DNA of 64,000 nucleotides from Nemertoderma westbladi (taxonomy: Eukaryota > Animalia > Xenacoelomorpha), in NCBI GenBank assembly GCA_032718475.1, contig JAUCBJ010003471.1, forward strand, positions 1 through 64,000, written 5' to 3'. The notes beneath the pieces were generated by a model. The model was not told the DNA's origin. It saw only the letters and a program-made list of their open reading frames with translations, and ran no database searches. Within the stretch, counting starts at the first letter, position 1. The number at the start of each line of letters is the position of its first letter. Shown here in pieces: positions 1 to 13,223 of this stretch. Made by a program: the position numbers and the translations under genes.

Positions 1-1801
1 TTATATATATTTTATAAATATTTTATAGTAGCTAGTTCTTATTTCTATTTATATAGAAAATGTTGCAGAACATGTCAACTATTCTTTTTTAAAAATATTA
101 TGTTCTGGAACAAATATTTTTTGTTCTAGAACATTTTTTAGAAAAATTTGGATTCTATTTAAAACGCATGGAATCGTTTTGCAACGTGTATAAAAATGAA
201 AGGCACTACTACATACTATAGTATGTGTACCCATGACGGGAATTTTTTTTGTAGTTGCTAGTTTTTGCTATACTTTTTTTTAATGTTGTGTCATATTAGC
301 TATAGTTTTGTAAAAAAAATATGTTCTAGAACAAATATTTTTTTTCTAGAACAACAAAAGATAAGTACAGAAAGTGTCATATTAAAATTTTCAATTTTTT
401 CTTATACATACCATAGTAATGCCGCTATATAAAGTAGACTTCGGAGGTTAAATGTGCGAACTACATTTCATTGTTTCATGATGTCAACAATTCGCATGAA
501 TATTAAGCTGTCAGTACGTGCAACGCGTCTGTTAGATACACAAGCATTATTTTGCAAAGATAAGTAATTCTTGTAATTTTAATTAATGTAAGGTAGTCTG
601 GCCAACGGTAGAATGGGATATTATTATTTATCACCGGTATACCTTCTCGAGAGGCAGCAGCTACACAGTTGAAATGTTGTAAAATGAAAGATAATTACAT
701 CTTGCGGTGTAATTAACATTTTTTTGTGAAGCAACAGGGAAGTACGCGAAAGGTAAATGCGGAAATTATATATTCATAAGATAAAGTAGGTATGAAATAG
801 CTACGTCTTTAAACGTAGGATAATCTGTACAACTACTTTAGAGTATAATACTTCCTGAACACTGATATGTAAAAAATTCCTAGCTAGTTTAGGCAAACGA
901 CACCGCAAACATGCGATTATTTTTTTGTCAGTTGTATTGCTGGTTAGCTACTGTTGTAAATATTAGCCACTAATTAATGTTCTAGAATTTATAGGATGTG
1001 TTAATCTGAAAATCAGTACAACTAAATGTACTTTTGAAATCTCTTTTTGAAATTTGCATAATTATGATCTACAATTTATACGTGAGTCTGTATAAGTCTT
1101 TTTAAGTTTGCAGCAAACAAAAATCCCGAAGCTATTAGTCGCTAAAAACAATTTGTTGAGTGTCGAGTAGTGGTAAACACGAGCATAACTACCGTCGAAT
1201 CAAAACTTCCAGAACAAATCACCCACACCACACAGCCTAATTCCAATCACACAGACTGCAGTAATCAGCGCCCGCAGAATATCAGGCTCATTGCTGGACC
1301 TTTTAGGGAAATTGGCATAATTCGAGCCAAACAAAGGTACGGTACAGTTTATTATAATAGATTTGTAATGTTCTAGAATAATTTGATTAATTATTACGCT
1401 GAGATTAATGGGTGATCGATCAGGCAACCAGAAGCTGCATATAATTTTTAAAATTGTACGAGATCTATGTATATCTCATCTAATGTGTCTCTGGGTGTCT
1501 TCCCATTGTATTTATAACCCTATCAACCTAATGAGACTGGTAATCTTCACAATTTATTAATAACCTCTGCTCCTAATGAGACCAGCGTCAATCATTCTAT
1601 TGAGAGGGACTGGGCCTTTTTCATAGGACTGTAAATTTAAAACCTCTCATATCATGTTGACAGTTGACACTAACGTAAAGTTTAAGAATAAAACACCCCA
1701 ACCCAGGAATTGGAGAGACATTTCGTTGCCGATTAGATTCAACTGGATTCAATATTTTTATACTTAACCAAAGACATAATAATTATTGCAAGTAAACAAT
1801 A

Positions 1802-1807
1802 TTTATT
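1802..1807 (-). terminator. Polyadenylation signal of RPS6
   Basis: AATAAA on the minus strand about 43 nt after the stop codon. Confidence 0.65.
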
Positions 1808-1849
1808 ACACCAGTAAACTAAACAATTCATTAGACCAGTACACTCCAC

Positions 1850-2575
1850 CTATTTCGACTTAGAGGTCCTATCCGATTGGCTTCCCCTAGTAGAAGACCT
1901 CTTTAACTCTCTCTGTTCTTTCTTCCTCTTAGACAGCAGCTTCTGGTAGTCTGCTGCGTCTCTCCTCTGCTTCTCCGCGCGTACCTTGATCAGCTTCCGA
2001 ATGTGTCGCTTCCGCTGTAGCGTCAACGGGGTAACCAATCGCTGTATCTTCGGAGCTTTTGACTTCGGCTTCTTGGCGCCCTCTTTCACGACTTCTCGAC
2101 GGATTACGTACTGTCTGACGTCATCCTCCTTCTGGAGGTTGAAAAGCTTCCTTATCTTGCTGGCCCGTTTGGGGCCGAGTCTCCGGGGCACCTGTTTATC
2201 GGTGAGGCCCGGAATCTCGCTGTCCCCTTTGCGGACGATGACGAGACTGAGAACGCTGAGGTTGGAGTCGACGATGCATCCCCGGACGCTCTTCCTGCGT
2301 CGCTCACCCTTCCGCCGAGGCCGATAGCAGGAGTGTCCCTTGGAGAGCAGCAGTCTCACTCTACCGTTCGTTAGGATACCCTGTTTCATTGGGAATCCTT
2401 GTTTATCGTTGCCTCCGGAGATACGGACGATGTATCCCTTCCATTCGTCTCCAATGCTGTCAGCCTCCACCTCCTGGGACATGCGTTTCTCGTAGAACGG
2501 TCTCAGTTTCCTCTCATCGTCTATCTCGAATAGTTTCTGGGCCCCAGTAGCTGGGTAAGCAATATTGAACTTCAT
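1850..2575 (-). CDS. RPS6: 40S ribosomal protein S6 (eS6), intronless
   Basis: 241-aa ORF with hallmark eS6 sequence ([56 protein letters not shown]) and a basic Ser-rich C-terminus; uninterrupted. Confidence 0.98.
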   Translation of the reverse strand: MKFNIAYPATGAQKLFEIDDERKLRPFYEKRMSQEVEADSIGDEWKGYIVRISGGNDKQGFPMKQGILTNGRVRLLLSKGHSCYRPRRKGERRRKSVRGCIVDSNLSVLSLVIVRKGDSEIPGLTDKQVPRRLGPKRASKIRKLFNLQKEDDVRQYVIRREVVKEGAKKPKSKAPKIQRLVTPLTLQRKRHIRKLIKVRAEKQRRDAADYQKLLSKRKKEQRELKRSSTRGSQSDRTSKSK

Positions 2576-2593
2576 GGTTAATATTTATCGACC

Positions 2594-2602
2594 AAAGAGA
2601 GG
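2594..2602 (-). promoter_or_regulatory. 5'TOP / TCT-type initiator of RPS6
   Basis: Minus strand reads CCTCTCTTT-GGTCGATAAATATTAACC-ATG; pyrimidine tract 18 nt upstream of the ATG, as is typical of ribosomal protein gene starts. Confidence 0.75.
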
Positions 2603-3544
2603 CCTACCGTTTAAGTCATACAGCTACAATGAAAATAAATTAATAAAAGTTCAGAAGATTCAGTAATCAATAGAGGCCTACCCTGCTACCGGACCGGTTA
2701 CAGTGGATTGTCTGACTTGGCCTGCTATCGTAACAAATAACACGAAGAGTGATCAAAAGCACTGGTTGGCGAATCGATTACAGCGGGTACCGGTACTTCA
2801 GTAGGCCTACTGCGGTACTGGCTGACTGGTATGTATAAACTCTGAAACTATAAACAACACAGCTCTACAGGTACTGGTATACTGGTATATACAACACAAT
2901 ATGGTAGTGCTGTAGTGTCCAGCTCAAGGCCTACTACTGTACAAAGGCCTACTGCTGCACTGTACTACAGTACTAGAAGACCTTCGTCCAGCTTTTTCAG
3001 TTTTTAGGCTACTGTACAGAGTTTGGATTTACCTTGCTGCCTAGTTCAGTAAAGCAGTAGTTCCGGTTCATCATGTGTCTCCACTTTTTTTTCGAAAGTT
3101 AAACTAGCTGACTAGTTAAAGTTGTTATTTTGTCATTTTGATGTTATTTAGTTAAAGTGGTTTTATTTAACTTGTTAGTTAGTATTTGTTCGAATTTAGG
3201 CCTAGTTAGTTAGTTAACAGGATTTTTTTAAATAGTTGACTTTTAACTAAATTCTACTGTAACTACCGGTAAATTTACATTTTTAAGTTAACATAGTGCT
3301 AATCATATGAAAAGCCATTCTCAATATAGTTTGTGAGGTGTTGCGAAATGGAATAAACAACCTTTGCTATATTATACCTGAAATATTAAAAATGTTGGTA
3401 TTTAGTTAAGTTTTAGTTGAATCTTCAACTATTATTTAACTAAACACCTCAAAATTAGTTGAAATAATTAGTTAACTTGTCATTTATATTTATTTATTTG
3501 GTTTGAAATAATTTGTCACTATAAAATTAGTTAAACAGCACTTT

Positions 3545-3850
3545 GGCAATCAGACTCTATACATTGGAGGTGTTCCATTAGTCTCCCTTAGCTTGACCCT
3601 TGAACTTGAACGGAAACGCCTCCGCTTTGCAGGACACATTGCTTTCGCCGTGAGGACCAGCCAGTGCATAATATATTGTGCTTTGGCGGCCTCATGGAGT
3701 GAATATGCATGGTGGACAGCCCATGACTTTGAGATGCATCTTAGGACACTGGCCTTGAAGATGCGGATGATCTAGCAAATGTCATGGGTGATAGGGAGTT
3801 GTGGCGGCGCAATTTTGTCGACAAGCCGGCACAGCATTCTTAATACTTAA
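3545..3850 (+). mobile_element. Degraded 3' fragment of an RTE-like LINE
   Basis: Translation includes RKRLRFAGH, resembling the RLRW/FAGH motif after the RT domain of RTE-type LINEs; frame broken. Confidence 0.5.
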
Positions 3851-4194
3851 TATTCTTATTTCACGAATAATAATATATAAAAAAAAAACAATATCCTATT
3901 ATTACCTATTAAGCAGTATAATTTTCTAACCAAAACAATAATACGTTGTACGCGTGTCGGCGTGTACCATTATAAATTATTGACAGTGGCAGTGACAGTG
4001 ACAGTGTTGACAATGGCAGGGTTTTCTAACCAAAACAAATAAACGAAACCTACTGCACTCGCACTACAGTACACCATACCCTGGATGCCTGGAATATAGT
4101 GTCGTTATTCTGGTATCTCCCCCCCCCCCCCCCCCCACCCCCAAATTTTTCTACAAATCGTAATGAGATTGCAGGAAATTTGAAACAGAGATAG

Positions 4195-4925
4195 TTTCAC
4201 CTACCTCATCCTTAGTGGGTGAGCCAGAATTTGTATTCTAGCTTTCAATCTTTATCTACAAACGTTTGAAAAAGGGTGTCTCCATCGATATTGCACCAGT
4301 TACACCGCAGTTATTCTTCTACTTTAGCTGTTTGTTGATAACTGTTTGTTGGACCGATGGAAAGCTTATCATGCAAGGATTCCAAATATGTCAAAACAAT
4401 TTGGTTGTGAAACAGCTGAGATATTGGCATTAGAAAGTAGGCCTATAATGTATTTGCTTCCGCTGCAGGCCATTTATTCTATTTAATAAATGCATAACAT
4501 TCTGAAACATTTTGTTTATCTCATAGTTACAGTAGCTTGACAACAATGCTATGCCTATGATAATTAATACTAGCGTAGGCCATGATAATAGTTTATGGAT
4601 ATTCCTACATGATATACAAAATGTTCTAGAACATTGTGTATTTATTAAATAGAATAAATGGCTTGTAGCAGAAGAAAATACATGAAACTTTCAAATGCCC
4701 ATATCTCAGCTATTTCCCAACCAAATGCAAATATTTTTACATATTTGGAATCCTTGCATGGTTAGCTTTCTATCAGTACCAACAAAAAATCACTATAAGA
4801 TTGAAGAATAACTGCGGTATAACTGGTGCAATATCGACGGAGACACTTTTTTAAACGCTTGTAGCTAAAGAAAGAAAGCAAAAATAAAATTCTGGCTCAT
4901 CCACCCAGGAGGAGGGAGATGAAAA
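4195..4925. mobile_element. Palindromic non-autonomous DNA transposon (foldback/MITE)
   Basis: Long imperfect inverted arms, e.g. GATATTGCACCAGTTACACCGCAGTTATTCTTC (~4288) vs GAAGAATAACTGCGGTATAACTGGTGCAATATC (~4803); ATCATGCAAGGATTCCAAATATG vs CATATTTGGAATCCTTGCATG. Confidence 0.8.
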
Positions 4926-5570
4926 TTAAGACAAAGCTACATGATGATAAATGGAAACACAGAAATTGTTGTATTCAATCCCATTGGATGGTGTTTGTGT
5001 AGAATATTAATTTATAGAAAAGGTAAAGTAAAACAAGCTTGAAAAAAGCTCAAAAAATGCTTGAAAAACAGCTATAAAAAAGTCCCAAAAAAGCGAAGAA
5101 AACCGCACATAAAAAAAGGTTCACGGAAACTGCCCTTTAGCAGTCTCGTGTAACAACCATCAATTCATAACAGGGAAGGTCTGAAAGGTCATTTGCTTTC
5201 TTAACTTATATTTATATTTTTTTTCTCGTTGTATTTAATACTTTATTTAGTATTTTATTTTTAATATTTTTTTTAATTATTACTATTCATTTAATACAAT
5301 ATTTATCCTTTTTATATTTTTTTTCGGTCTTGGTAGCATTTATATGCATTCCAATATCCTTAGTTCCATCCACTTGGTCAGTAGAAGTTGAATATATCTG
5401 CAGCGCATTAGAAAGCAGGGCGATAAGATCTCAACAACAGTTTGCCACGGCACATACTGTTTTCGTTTGGGTTTCTGTGGAATATGCCTGATTGGCTGAT
5501 TCCTTGGGAGCTTTTATAATATTATCATATTATTCATATATTCATTCATTTAATTTCATAAACTGACATG

Positions 5571-5724
5571 CCGGTATAATTATTTACTCGAATAAACGCC
5601 CCCTCGAATAAACGACTCCCTTTCCATCAGTTTAGCAACTTAAACGCTTACCCCGAATAAACGCCTCCCCAATTGGCAATTTATAAACTTAAACGCCCAG
5701 GCTCTTATTCGATTAACTACGGTA
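5571..5724. mobile_element. Short pogo/Tigger-like MITE remnant
   Basis: Repeated CGAATAAACGCC and terminal TTATTCGATTAACTACGGTA, the inverted counterpart of the left end. Confidence 0.5.
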
Positions 5725-6077
5725 TTTAACTAAAATAACAATGAAAATTGCAAATTGCAATGTAACGCGCAAAGTATCAAAAGTGCGTTATTTTGATAAA
5801 TCTGAACGTTTAACTTAGCAACTTTACGTTGAACAATGGTTCACTTTATTGTTTGTTTCACCTGCCACATATTTTAAACCAAGCAATTAAAAATGTTTAA
5901 ATAATCATGATAAATTATATTGCTAAAACCAATTAAATAAAATGAACAAAAATCACAGTAAGAAAATATGAAAAATACACAAAATGAAAATAAACGTGAT
6001 TTTCTTTATAGAATGGAAGTAAGGTTTACGCGGCCCCAAACAGTATCCCATAGTTTGAGTATTGATTGGTTGTATAG

Positions 6078-9000
6078 CTATGTCTGTTTATTCAGCTCCA
6101 TCTTCTGTATTACTCGATGCGATCGGTATATAAATGAGTCAATTAGACCCGCGACTGTGAAGATACCGCCGATTATAGCACAAACTCCGGTAAGGAAGTG
6201 CAAAAACGATCTGCAAACAAAATATACCAAGTAGATGTACACAAATAGGTTGAATGCTGAGGCGTGCACTTTTAATGCCCATCACCGACACTTCTGTAAA
6301 CAATGGTGCACTACACCTCTCTGATAGATAAACAAGGCGTCGCCCAACCCACATACTCTCTAGTCTTGAGTCTCTAACAACCCGAGAGAAGTTGTGAATT
6401 AGCTGGTATCTAGATTTGTTTATCCAGAAGGCTCCACTCCACAGTACATGTAAATGTATTATAAAAGGTCTATAAAGAACAATACTACCTGATTCAGCGG
6501 TAGTATTGTTCTGGAAAATAAATACGTTCAGTAGGGTGATGCTCGTCTGTAGAAGTGAGCCATATAATGAGATATATGACTAAATGTTTTAATCATTAAC
6601 TATTAACTACTAACATTGGTTTCTCAGTTACGAGTTAGTTTAACCATTATGTACTAACCTTCGTTTCTCAGTTAGTTTAACCAATATGTACTAACCTTCG
6701 TTTCTCAGTTAGTTTAACCAATATGTACTAACCTTCGTTTCTCAGTTATTTAACCAATATGTACTAACCTTCGTTTCTCAGTTAGTTTAACCAATATGTA
6801 CTAACCTTCGTTTCTCAGTTAGTTTAACCAATATGTACTAACCTTCGTTTCTCAGTTATTTAACCAATATGTACTAACCTTCGTTTCTCAGTTAGTTTAA
6901 CCAATATGTACTAACCTTCGTTTCTCAGTTAGTTTAACCAATATGTACTAACCTTCGTTTCTCAGTTATTTAACCAATATGTACTAACCTTCGTTTCTCA
7001 GTTATTTAACCAATATGTACTAACCTTCGTTTCTCAGTTAGTTTAACCATTATGTACTAACCTTCGTTTCTCAGTTATTTAACCAATATGTACTAACCTT
7101 CGTTTCTCAGTTAGTTTAACCAATATGTACTAACCTTCGTTTCTCAGTTATTTAACCAATATGTACTAACCTTCGTTTCTCAGTTAGTTTAACCAATATG
7201 TACTAACCTTCGTTTCTCAGTTAGTTTAACCAATATGTACTAACCTTCGTTTCTCAGTTATTTAACCAATATGTACTAACCTTCGTTTCTCAGTTAGTTT
7301 AACCAATATGTACTAACCTTCGTTTCTCAGTTAGTTTAACCAATATGTACTAACCTTCGTTTCTCAGTTATTTAACCAATATGTACTAACCTTCGTTTCT
7401 CAGTTATTTAACCAATATGTACTAACCTTCGTTTCTCAGTTAGTTTAACCATTATGTACTAACCTTCGTTTCTCAGTTATTTAACCAATATGTACTAACC
7501 TTCGTTTCTCAGTTAGTTTAACCAATATGTACTAACCTTCGTTTCTCAGTTATTTAACCAATATGTACTAACCTTCGTTTCTCAGTTAGTTTAACCAATA
7601 TGTACTAACCTTCGTTTCTCAGTTAGTTTAACCAATATGTACTAACCTTCGTTTCTCAGTTATTTAACCAATATGTACTAACCTTCGTTTCTCAGTTATT
7701 TAACCAATATGTACTAACCTTCGTTTCTCAGTTAGTTTAACCATTATGTACTAACCTTCGTTTCTCAGTTATTTAACCAATATGTACTAACCTTCGTTTC
7801 TCAGTTATTTAACCAATATGTACTAACCTTCGTTTCTCAGTTATTTAACCAATATGTACTAACCTTCGTTTCTCAGTTATTTAACCAATATGTACTAACC
7901 TTCGTTTCTCAGTTAGTTTAACCAATATGTACTAACCTTCGTTTCTCAGTTAGTTTAACCAATATGTACTAACCTTCGTTTCTCAGTTATTTAACCAATA
8001 TGTACTAACCTTCGTTTCTCAGTTATTTAACCAATATGTACTAACCTTCGTTTCTCAGTTATTTAACCAATATGTACTAACCTTCGTTTCTCAGTTATTT
8101 AACCAATATGTACTAACCTTCGTTTCTCAGTTAGTTTAACCAATATGTACTAACCTTCGTTTCTCAGTTATTTAACCAATATGTACTAACCTTCGTTTCT
8201 CAGTTAGTTTAACCAATATGTACTAACCTTCGTTTCTCAGTTATTTAACCAATATGTACTAACCTTCGTTTCTCAGTTATTTAACCAATATGTACTAACC
8301 TTCGTTTCTCAGTTATTTAACCATTATGTACTAACCTTCGTTTCTCAGTTAGTTTAACCAATATGTACTAACCTTCGTTTCTCAGTTAGTTTAACCAATA
8401 TGGGACTGAACTCATAAGTAACAAACATCCCAGGAAGGCCTTGATTTCCCGAGTTTACTCCCACTGACTTCTCGTATTTGGTCACGGAGAACTGATTGGT
8501 GTGGGTGACCTCATGGGAACCCAGATGCGAGTAGGAAGTTGGGACCAGCTTAACGAAGTACTGGAACATTCGGTTGGCTGAGGATAAAGAAGATTGATTT
8601 TGTAAATAACTTTTAATATACATGCAAGTCCGTGACATCTCTGCGTTGAATTCGTGTACCATTGTTATGAGACAGTCGTACGTGGGTCTAAATGAAACGT
8701 TTGGTTTATTAATTAAAGGCCCTAACACATCCAATCTGATATACCAAACCGACAAAGGGCCTTGGAGCAGGTTAAAATGTCTCAAGAAATCTAAAACCGT
8801 GTTTATTCAAAAGCTTAACGCGTGGCTCATGAAATACGGAAATAATTTGATCAACTTAATTTGCTAAACTATAAAACCATTTCCAGTACCCGAATCTACC
8901 ATTAGTCTAATGTATTTTTGGTACATTTAATTCACAATATCCTAATAATGCGTCTATTAATGAGCCGAATTTACTGTATTACTAGTAACAATTTATAAAT

Positions 9001-12000
9001 TACTTAGTACTTAAATCCTTCATTAAAGTATATTTACTGGTTTTACGATATTAGCGATTGTATTATAATCACCAGAGCTGCCCACCTTTGAGCTCTAATA
9101 ATCGGTGTGTTCGTAGCTAACAATATATTATTAGTCACTCTAATGTTTAAATGTCCGCGCACTTATTTGTGTTTGAATTTAATGCAGATAAACAGGACGT
9201 GTCTGTCTAGGCCATGTCAATCAACTCGCTAATTGGGAAGCTATATTTACTTAAAATCGCCCGTTATAAAGCGGACAAACTATTTACCCCACTAAATAAG
9301 AAATAAATACAATAGTTTACAAAACCATGTTGTATACTTGAGACATAAAGGAACAATTGAGGTACCACATAGAACAATACTTGAATAAGGAAAATATGGA
9401 GCAGAATATATCGTCCATAAGCAATAAACTTGATGAAATGTGTAACGATGAAATAATACGTCAGTAATTGATGCAAATACTATCAGGATTGCTATAATGT
9501 CATTAAATCGATGAAACGTTAACTAATTGGAAGTTGATTCAACATAAACTCACATTGTCCAGATCGCGGTCTGGGAGACAGTCAAAATGACAATAAAATA
9601 GCGACTGTTAACCAAATACGAACAAATAAATTAATCTCAAAGCCAGTAATCCCCTACCAATCTTCTTATCCATCTACTAATCTTGTATCTACATTTAACT
9701 TACGAGCGCTGGTAATGGCTTCTGTCCCATCGAGTTGGTTCACCATATCGGGGTAAGACTTTCCGAAACTCATGTGTTTTATTGTGTGGGAGGTATTGCA
9801 ATGAACTGCACCGAAGGCCTGCATGTCGTGTACATGGACGTGTGAGTGCTGGAAACTGCGACCCGGTGCCACATGGAAGTTACCGCCAACCTGAGAGACA
9901 ACGTCTGTTAAATTAATATCTAGTTTACAAACCGCCAACAGTTCGCTAGTCTGTCGCTAGAAGGTGAAACAGCTAAAAGTAAACAAATACTCATTTTCTT
10001 GCTTATAAACATTAGAATAAATAAATATTTTATGGTATCAGAAAGCCACTCTAAGTGTTACAATTACATTTATTTACATATTTTCTTGAGGAGTTTTTCA
10101 TACCATTATATTCAACTAACAAATAACCAGATTATTGCTACCTTGTTAACTTCCATATAGCCGTTAATTCGACATCCTTCGAAATCAGTCCGTTCAGGTT
10201 TATTAATTTCGTCGTAAGTTTTACCTTCGCACTGAGCGATTCCAGTAGCATCGGAGAAGGACCAGCCTTTCTTCCTAGAATGAGAGCATTCGGTTAGACC
10301 TCGCGTGTTTCTAACTGCTACTGCATATATATTATGCACGCGGAAGCAACTGACTTAAGGATGTAAACGCTAGCCGAAAACCAACAACCACAGCCGACAA
10401 TCGTTAATTCGAACAAAAATTTAACTGTTGTTCGTAAATATATAATTACCATTCACTGTAGAATAACAGTTGGCGCAGTGGCGTTGACACCCCAAATTAA
10501 TAACCAGCTGATACTTTCCCTTACCTGTATGCATCGCGGACATCCTGACACGTATTGCAGCATTGACCCTCGCTAGCCTCGGCTCCATAGCAACTGCCAC
10601 AGAGCGCAATCTCTGGTTCATCTGTCTCCGCTGGAGGGACTCCCCCCTTAGACTGAAGCACCTGGTCTACCGTCGGTGTTCCTATAGCAACACCCATAAG
10701 GTCCAGTCGAGTCTTGTAAATACTGGAATCTATATCGAATTGCTGCGTACCGGAAACATCCATTGTGTCTACGCTGAGATCTAGGGGAATAAGCAAAGTA
10801 CAGAAGTCAAGTCGGAGGAATGGCGCCGCTGTGTCGCCAGTTCATCAAGCGCCTCGCGTTAAAACTGGCAGAGAAGCGGCAGATCCCATACCCGGAGTGC
10901 ATCTCGTGGGTGCGGCGACGAATTAGCTTCGCTCTCCTCAGGTCATCCCTAATGCTGTAATGTGTCTGCGGGGGTTCCGGTCTGCCGCCAAGAGACCGGT
11001 ACGGGCAGCAGATGTCGCTGACACGTCCATCGTGTTAGCAAACGCCGACTCAGAGCCAGGCGCAGGCATGTTTAGATAGGTTACAGGCTGTTTGGTGGTG
11101 GTGCAGTTTAACTGATTGTTGTTGTTTAAGTTTTTAAATTTCCCGCGTTTCTGTAATTACTGTTTTTAATTGTTTGTTATAGTGCCTATAATTGTGTTTG
11201 TATTTCTGAAGGTTTTTTATTATTTTGTGAATAAATGAGGCTTGTAAAGTAAAAAAAAGAAAAAAAAAAAAGTAGGTACACATGCAACTGGTGGTGCCTG
11301 GCACTGGTGCCACTGGTACAGGTACGTGTAGGGTAGGTGGAAGGTATGGTAACGGATAAACGTGCATCTGGCTGTCTGGTCTGGTATCAGGGTATTGCGT
11401 ATTGGTTGGTAGAAGTGTAAATGATATGATTGTATCGGCAGATCGGCCGACACGTGCATCTAGATCCTGCACATGCAACAGGCAGACAGGTAGGCCTAGG
11501 CCTACCGGTACACATACAGACATATGGAGATGGAATCGATAGACGTGTAGCTACCTGGCAGGATTACTTCCTACTTGCTGACTTGAGCACCTGGTGCCGG
11601 ATCCGGTGCCGGTACGGTACTGCCGCCTGACCGCACCAGCTTCAGTTTCCCGGCGGTAAACCTTCTTCTAGAGTACAGGAGAATGTGCGGTATTTTCATA
11701 TAGGCCTAGTCAACCAGAAAACCATTAGCAGAAACTATAGGCGTAGACAGATAGATCTACTTTGAGACGCATCACAAGTGACAAGTAGGCCAACAGTGGA
11801 AACAGCCTAAAGTCTGAAAATCGATTTCAACAAGCGACAAACAGACGAGATAATTATAAGTTCAAATAAACTTACATTTACAGGCGAGACGAGGGAATGT
11901 GATATCGATATGAATTCGGAGCTTCTGGTTCTTAGCAGTGTCCACAAATAACTCAGGTGTTACCTCGGTTGATAGATACAAATTTAGTTCGGATAGAAAT

Positions 12001-12131
12001 AGAATGACCATGACAATGCTGCTGACAATGGTTACCGATGCTCCAGCCAATGTCTTTATTCTGAAATCGTCCAGTGTTTTAGGATAAGCGTCGAACGATT
12101 TCAAGCGAGTCAAACTATTCCCTGGTGCCAT
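6078..12131 (-). CDS. ERGIC3: ER-Golgi intermediate compartment protein 3 (Erv46 orthologue), 6 coding exons, 389 aa
   Basis: Exons 12131-11876, 10780-10525, 10274-10142, 9890-9704, 8577-8373, 6210-6078; all GT-AG, phases consistent, total 1170 nt. Motifs FDAYPKTLDDFRIKT, CGSCYGAE, CCNTCQDVRDAY, NKVGGNFHVAPG, FQYFVKLVPT, FLTGVCAIIGG. Confidence 0.95.
6641..8402. repeat. Minisatellite of 36/37-bp units (about 48 copies) made of the ERGIC3 exon 5 end plus splice donor
   Basis: Unit TTAGTTTAACCAATATGTACTAACCTTCGTTTCTCAG (37 bp) or a 1-nt-shorter variant; the last copy is the coding exon end (ILVKLTEKR) and donor at 8372. Confidence 0.97.
10811..11080 (+). mobile_element. 3' fragment of a CRE-like (RLE-type) non-LTR retrotransposon in ERGIC3 intron 1
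   Basis: Translation GGMAPLCRQFIKRLALKLAEKRQIPYPECISWVRRRISFALLRSSLM, then CLRG after a small insertion; resembles the C-terminus of CRE-clade ORFs. Confidence 0.65.
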
Positions 12132-12423
12132 TTTTAATTAGATTAGCCTACAGTCTGACAGTCACTGTGTACTGGTCAGCTGTCTGGCTGTAGCAAAGTA
12201 ATAGTGTCAGTGCTGCAGTGATTAGAGCAGTACTGCGGTAGACAGGGGTAGCCTGCAGGCAGCAGGGTAGAGAACTTTGAATTATTTCCTCCCTTCACAC
12301 CAGCACGTGGTACACTGCTACTGCGCTGCACTGTGATTCAGCCACGCTACAACCAGACAACTGTAGTGCTGAGATCTACCTGACTACTGCTGCTGGCTAC
12401 CTAACAACCTAAACCTATACTTA

Positions 12424-13003
12424 CATGTGGCCCATAACTGTCACAGTACATAAAAAGGAACGGCAGAAATTAAAGAAGCTACGGCAGAAATTAAAAAGCC
12501 ACGGCATAAATTAAAGAAGCTATGGCAGAAATTAAAAAGCCACGGCAGAAATTAAAGAAGCTACTGCAGAAATTACAAAGCCACGGCAGAAATTAAAAAG
12601 GCTATGACAGAAATTAAAAAGCAACTGCTATTGCTAGATTATATGAGTATGAGTGCCGACTGCAAGCTATTGCAGTATTGCTATCGGCCAGTAAAAAAAT
12701 AGGTAAAAAAAATAATAAAAATAATAGGTAAAAAAAGTAGAAAAAATAGGTGAAATGTAAAGGTAAGGTAAAAATAGGTAGGAAAAAATATTTGCGATAA
12801 TGTATTGTAATAATCATGGCTTTTTAATTTTTGCCGTAGCTTCTTTAATTTCTGCCGTGGCTTTTTAATTTTTGCCGTAGCTTCTTTAATTTCTGCCGTG
12901 GCTTTTTAATTTCTGCCGTAGCTTCTTTAATTTTTGCCGTTGCTTATTAATTTCTGCCGTTCCTTTTTATATCCTGTGACAGTTATGGCTGTATGGGCCA
13001 CCG
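12424..13003. mobile_element. Foldback-type element with tandem subrepeats in both arms
   Basis: Left CATAACTGTCACAG..AAAAAGGAACGGCAGAAATTAA repeats vs right TTAATTTCTGCCGT repeats..CTGTGACAGTTATG; GTGGCCCATA/TATGGGCCAC termini. Confidence 0.85.
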
Positions 13004-13223
13004 CACTACCAAAAAAAAAATGAAATATTTAAAACTAATATTGTTTAATTTTGCGTATGTACAGTACAGATGTAGGCCTATAGCTATAGGCAGGCAGATG
13101 GTGTTGTTGGTTGGTTAACAAGCCTAAATTATTATCCTATAATAATATCTGGATCTCATTCAGAGACACTGCTGAATTTAGATTCAGAAAACTGTACCCT
13201 ACACGATGTTCAAAATATATCAA

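Noticed and set aside
1986-2327. Antisense ORF over RPS6 (likewise those over the GPCRs and otopetrin)
   Set aside because: Shadow frames of real genes, mostly with non-ATG starts and no recognisable motifs.
6641-8402. 36/37-bp repeats of CRISPR repeat length
   Set aside because: Head-to-tail with no spacers, and derived from the ERGIC3 exon boundary.
8578-8785. N-terminal extension of the 143-aa ORF
   Set aside because: Intronic read-through; ERGIC3 similarity begins at the acceptor at 8577.
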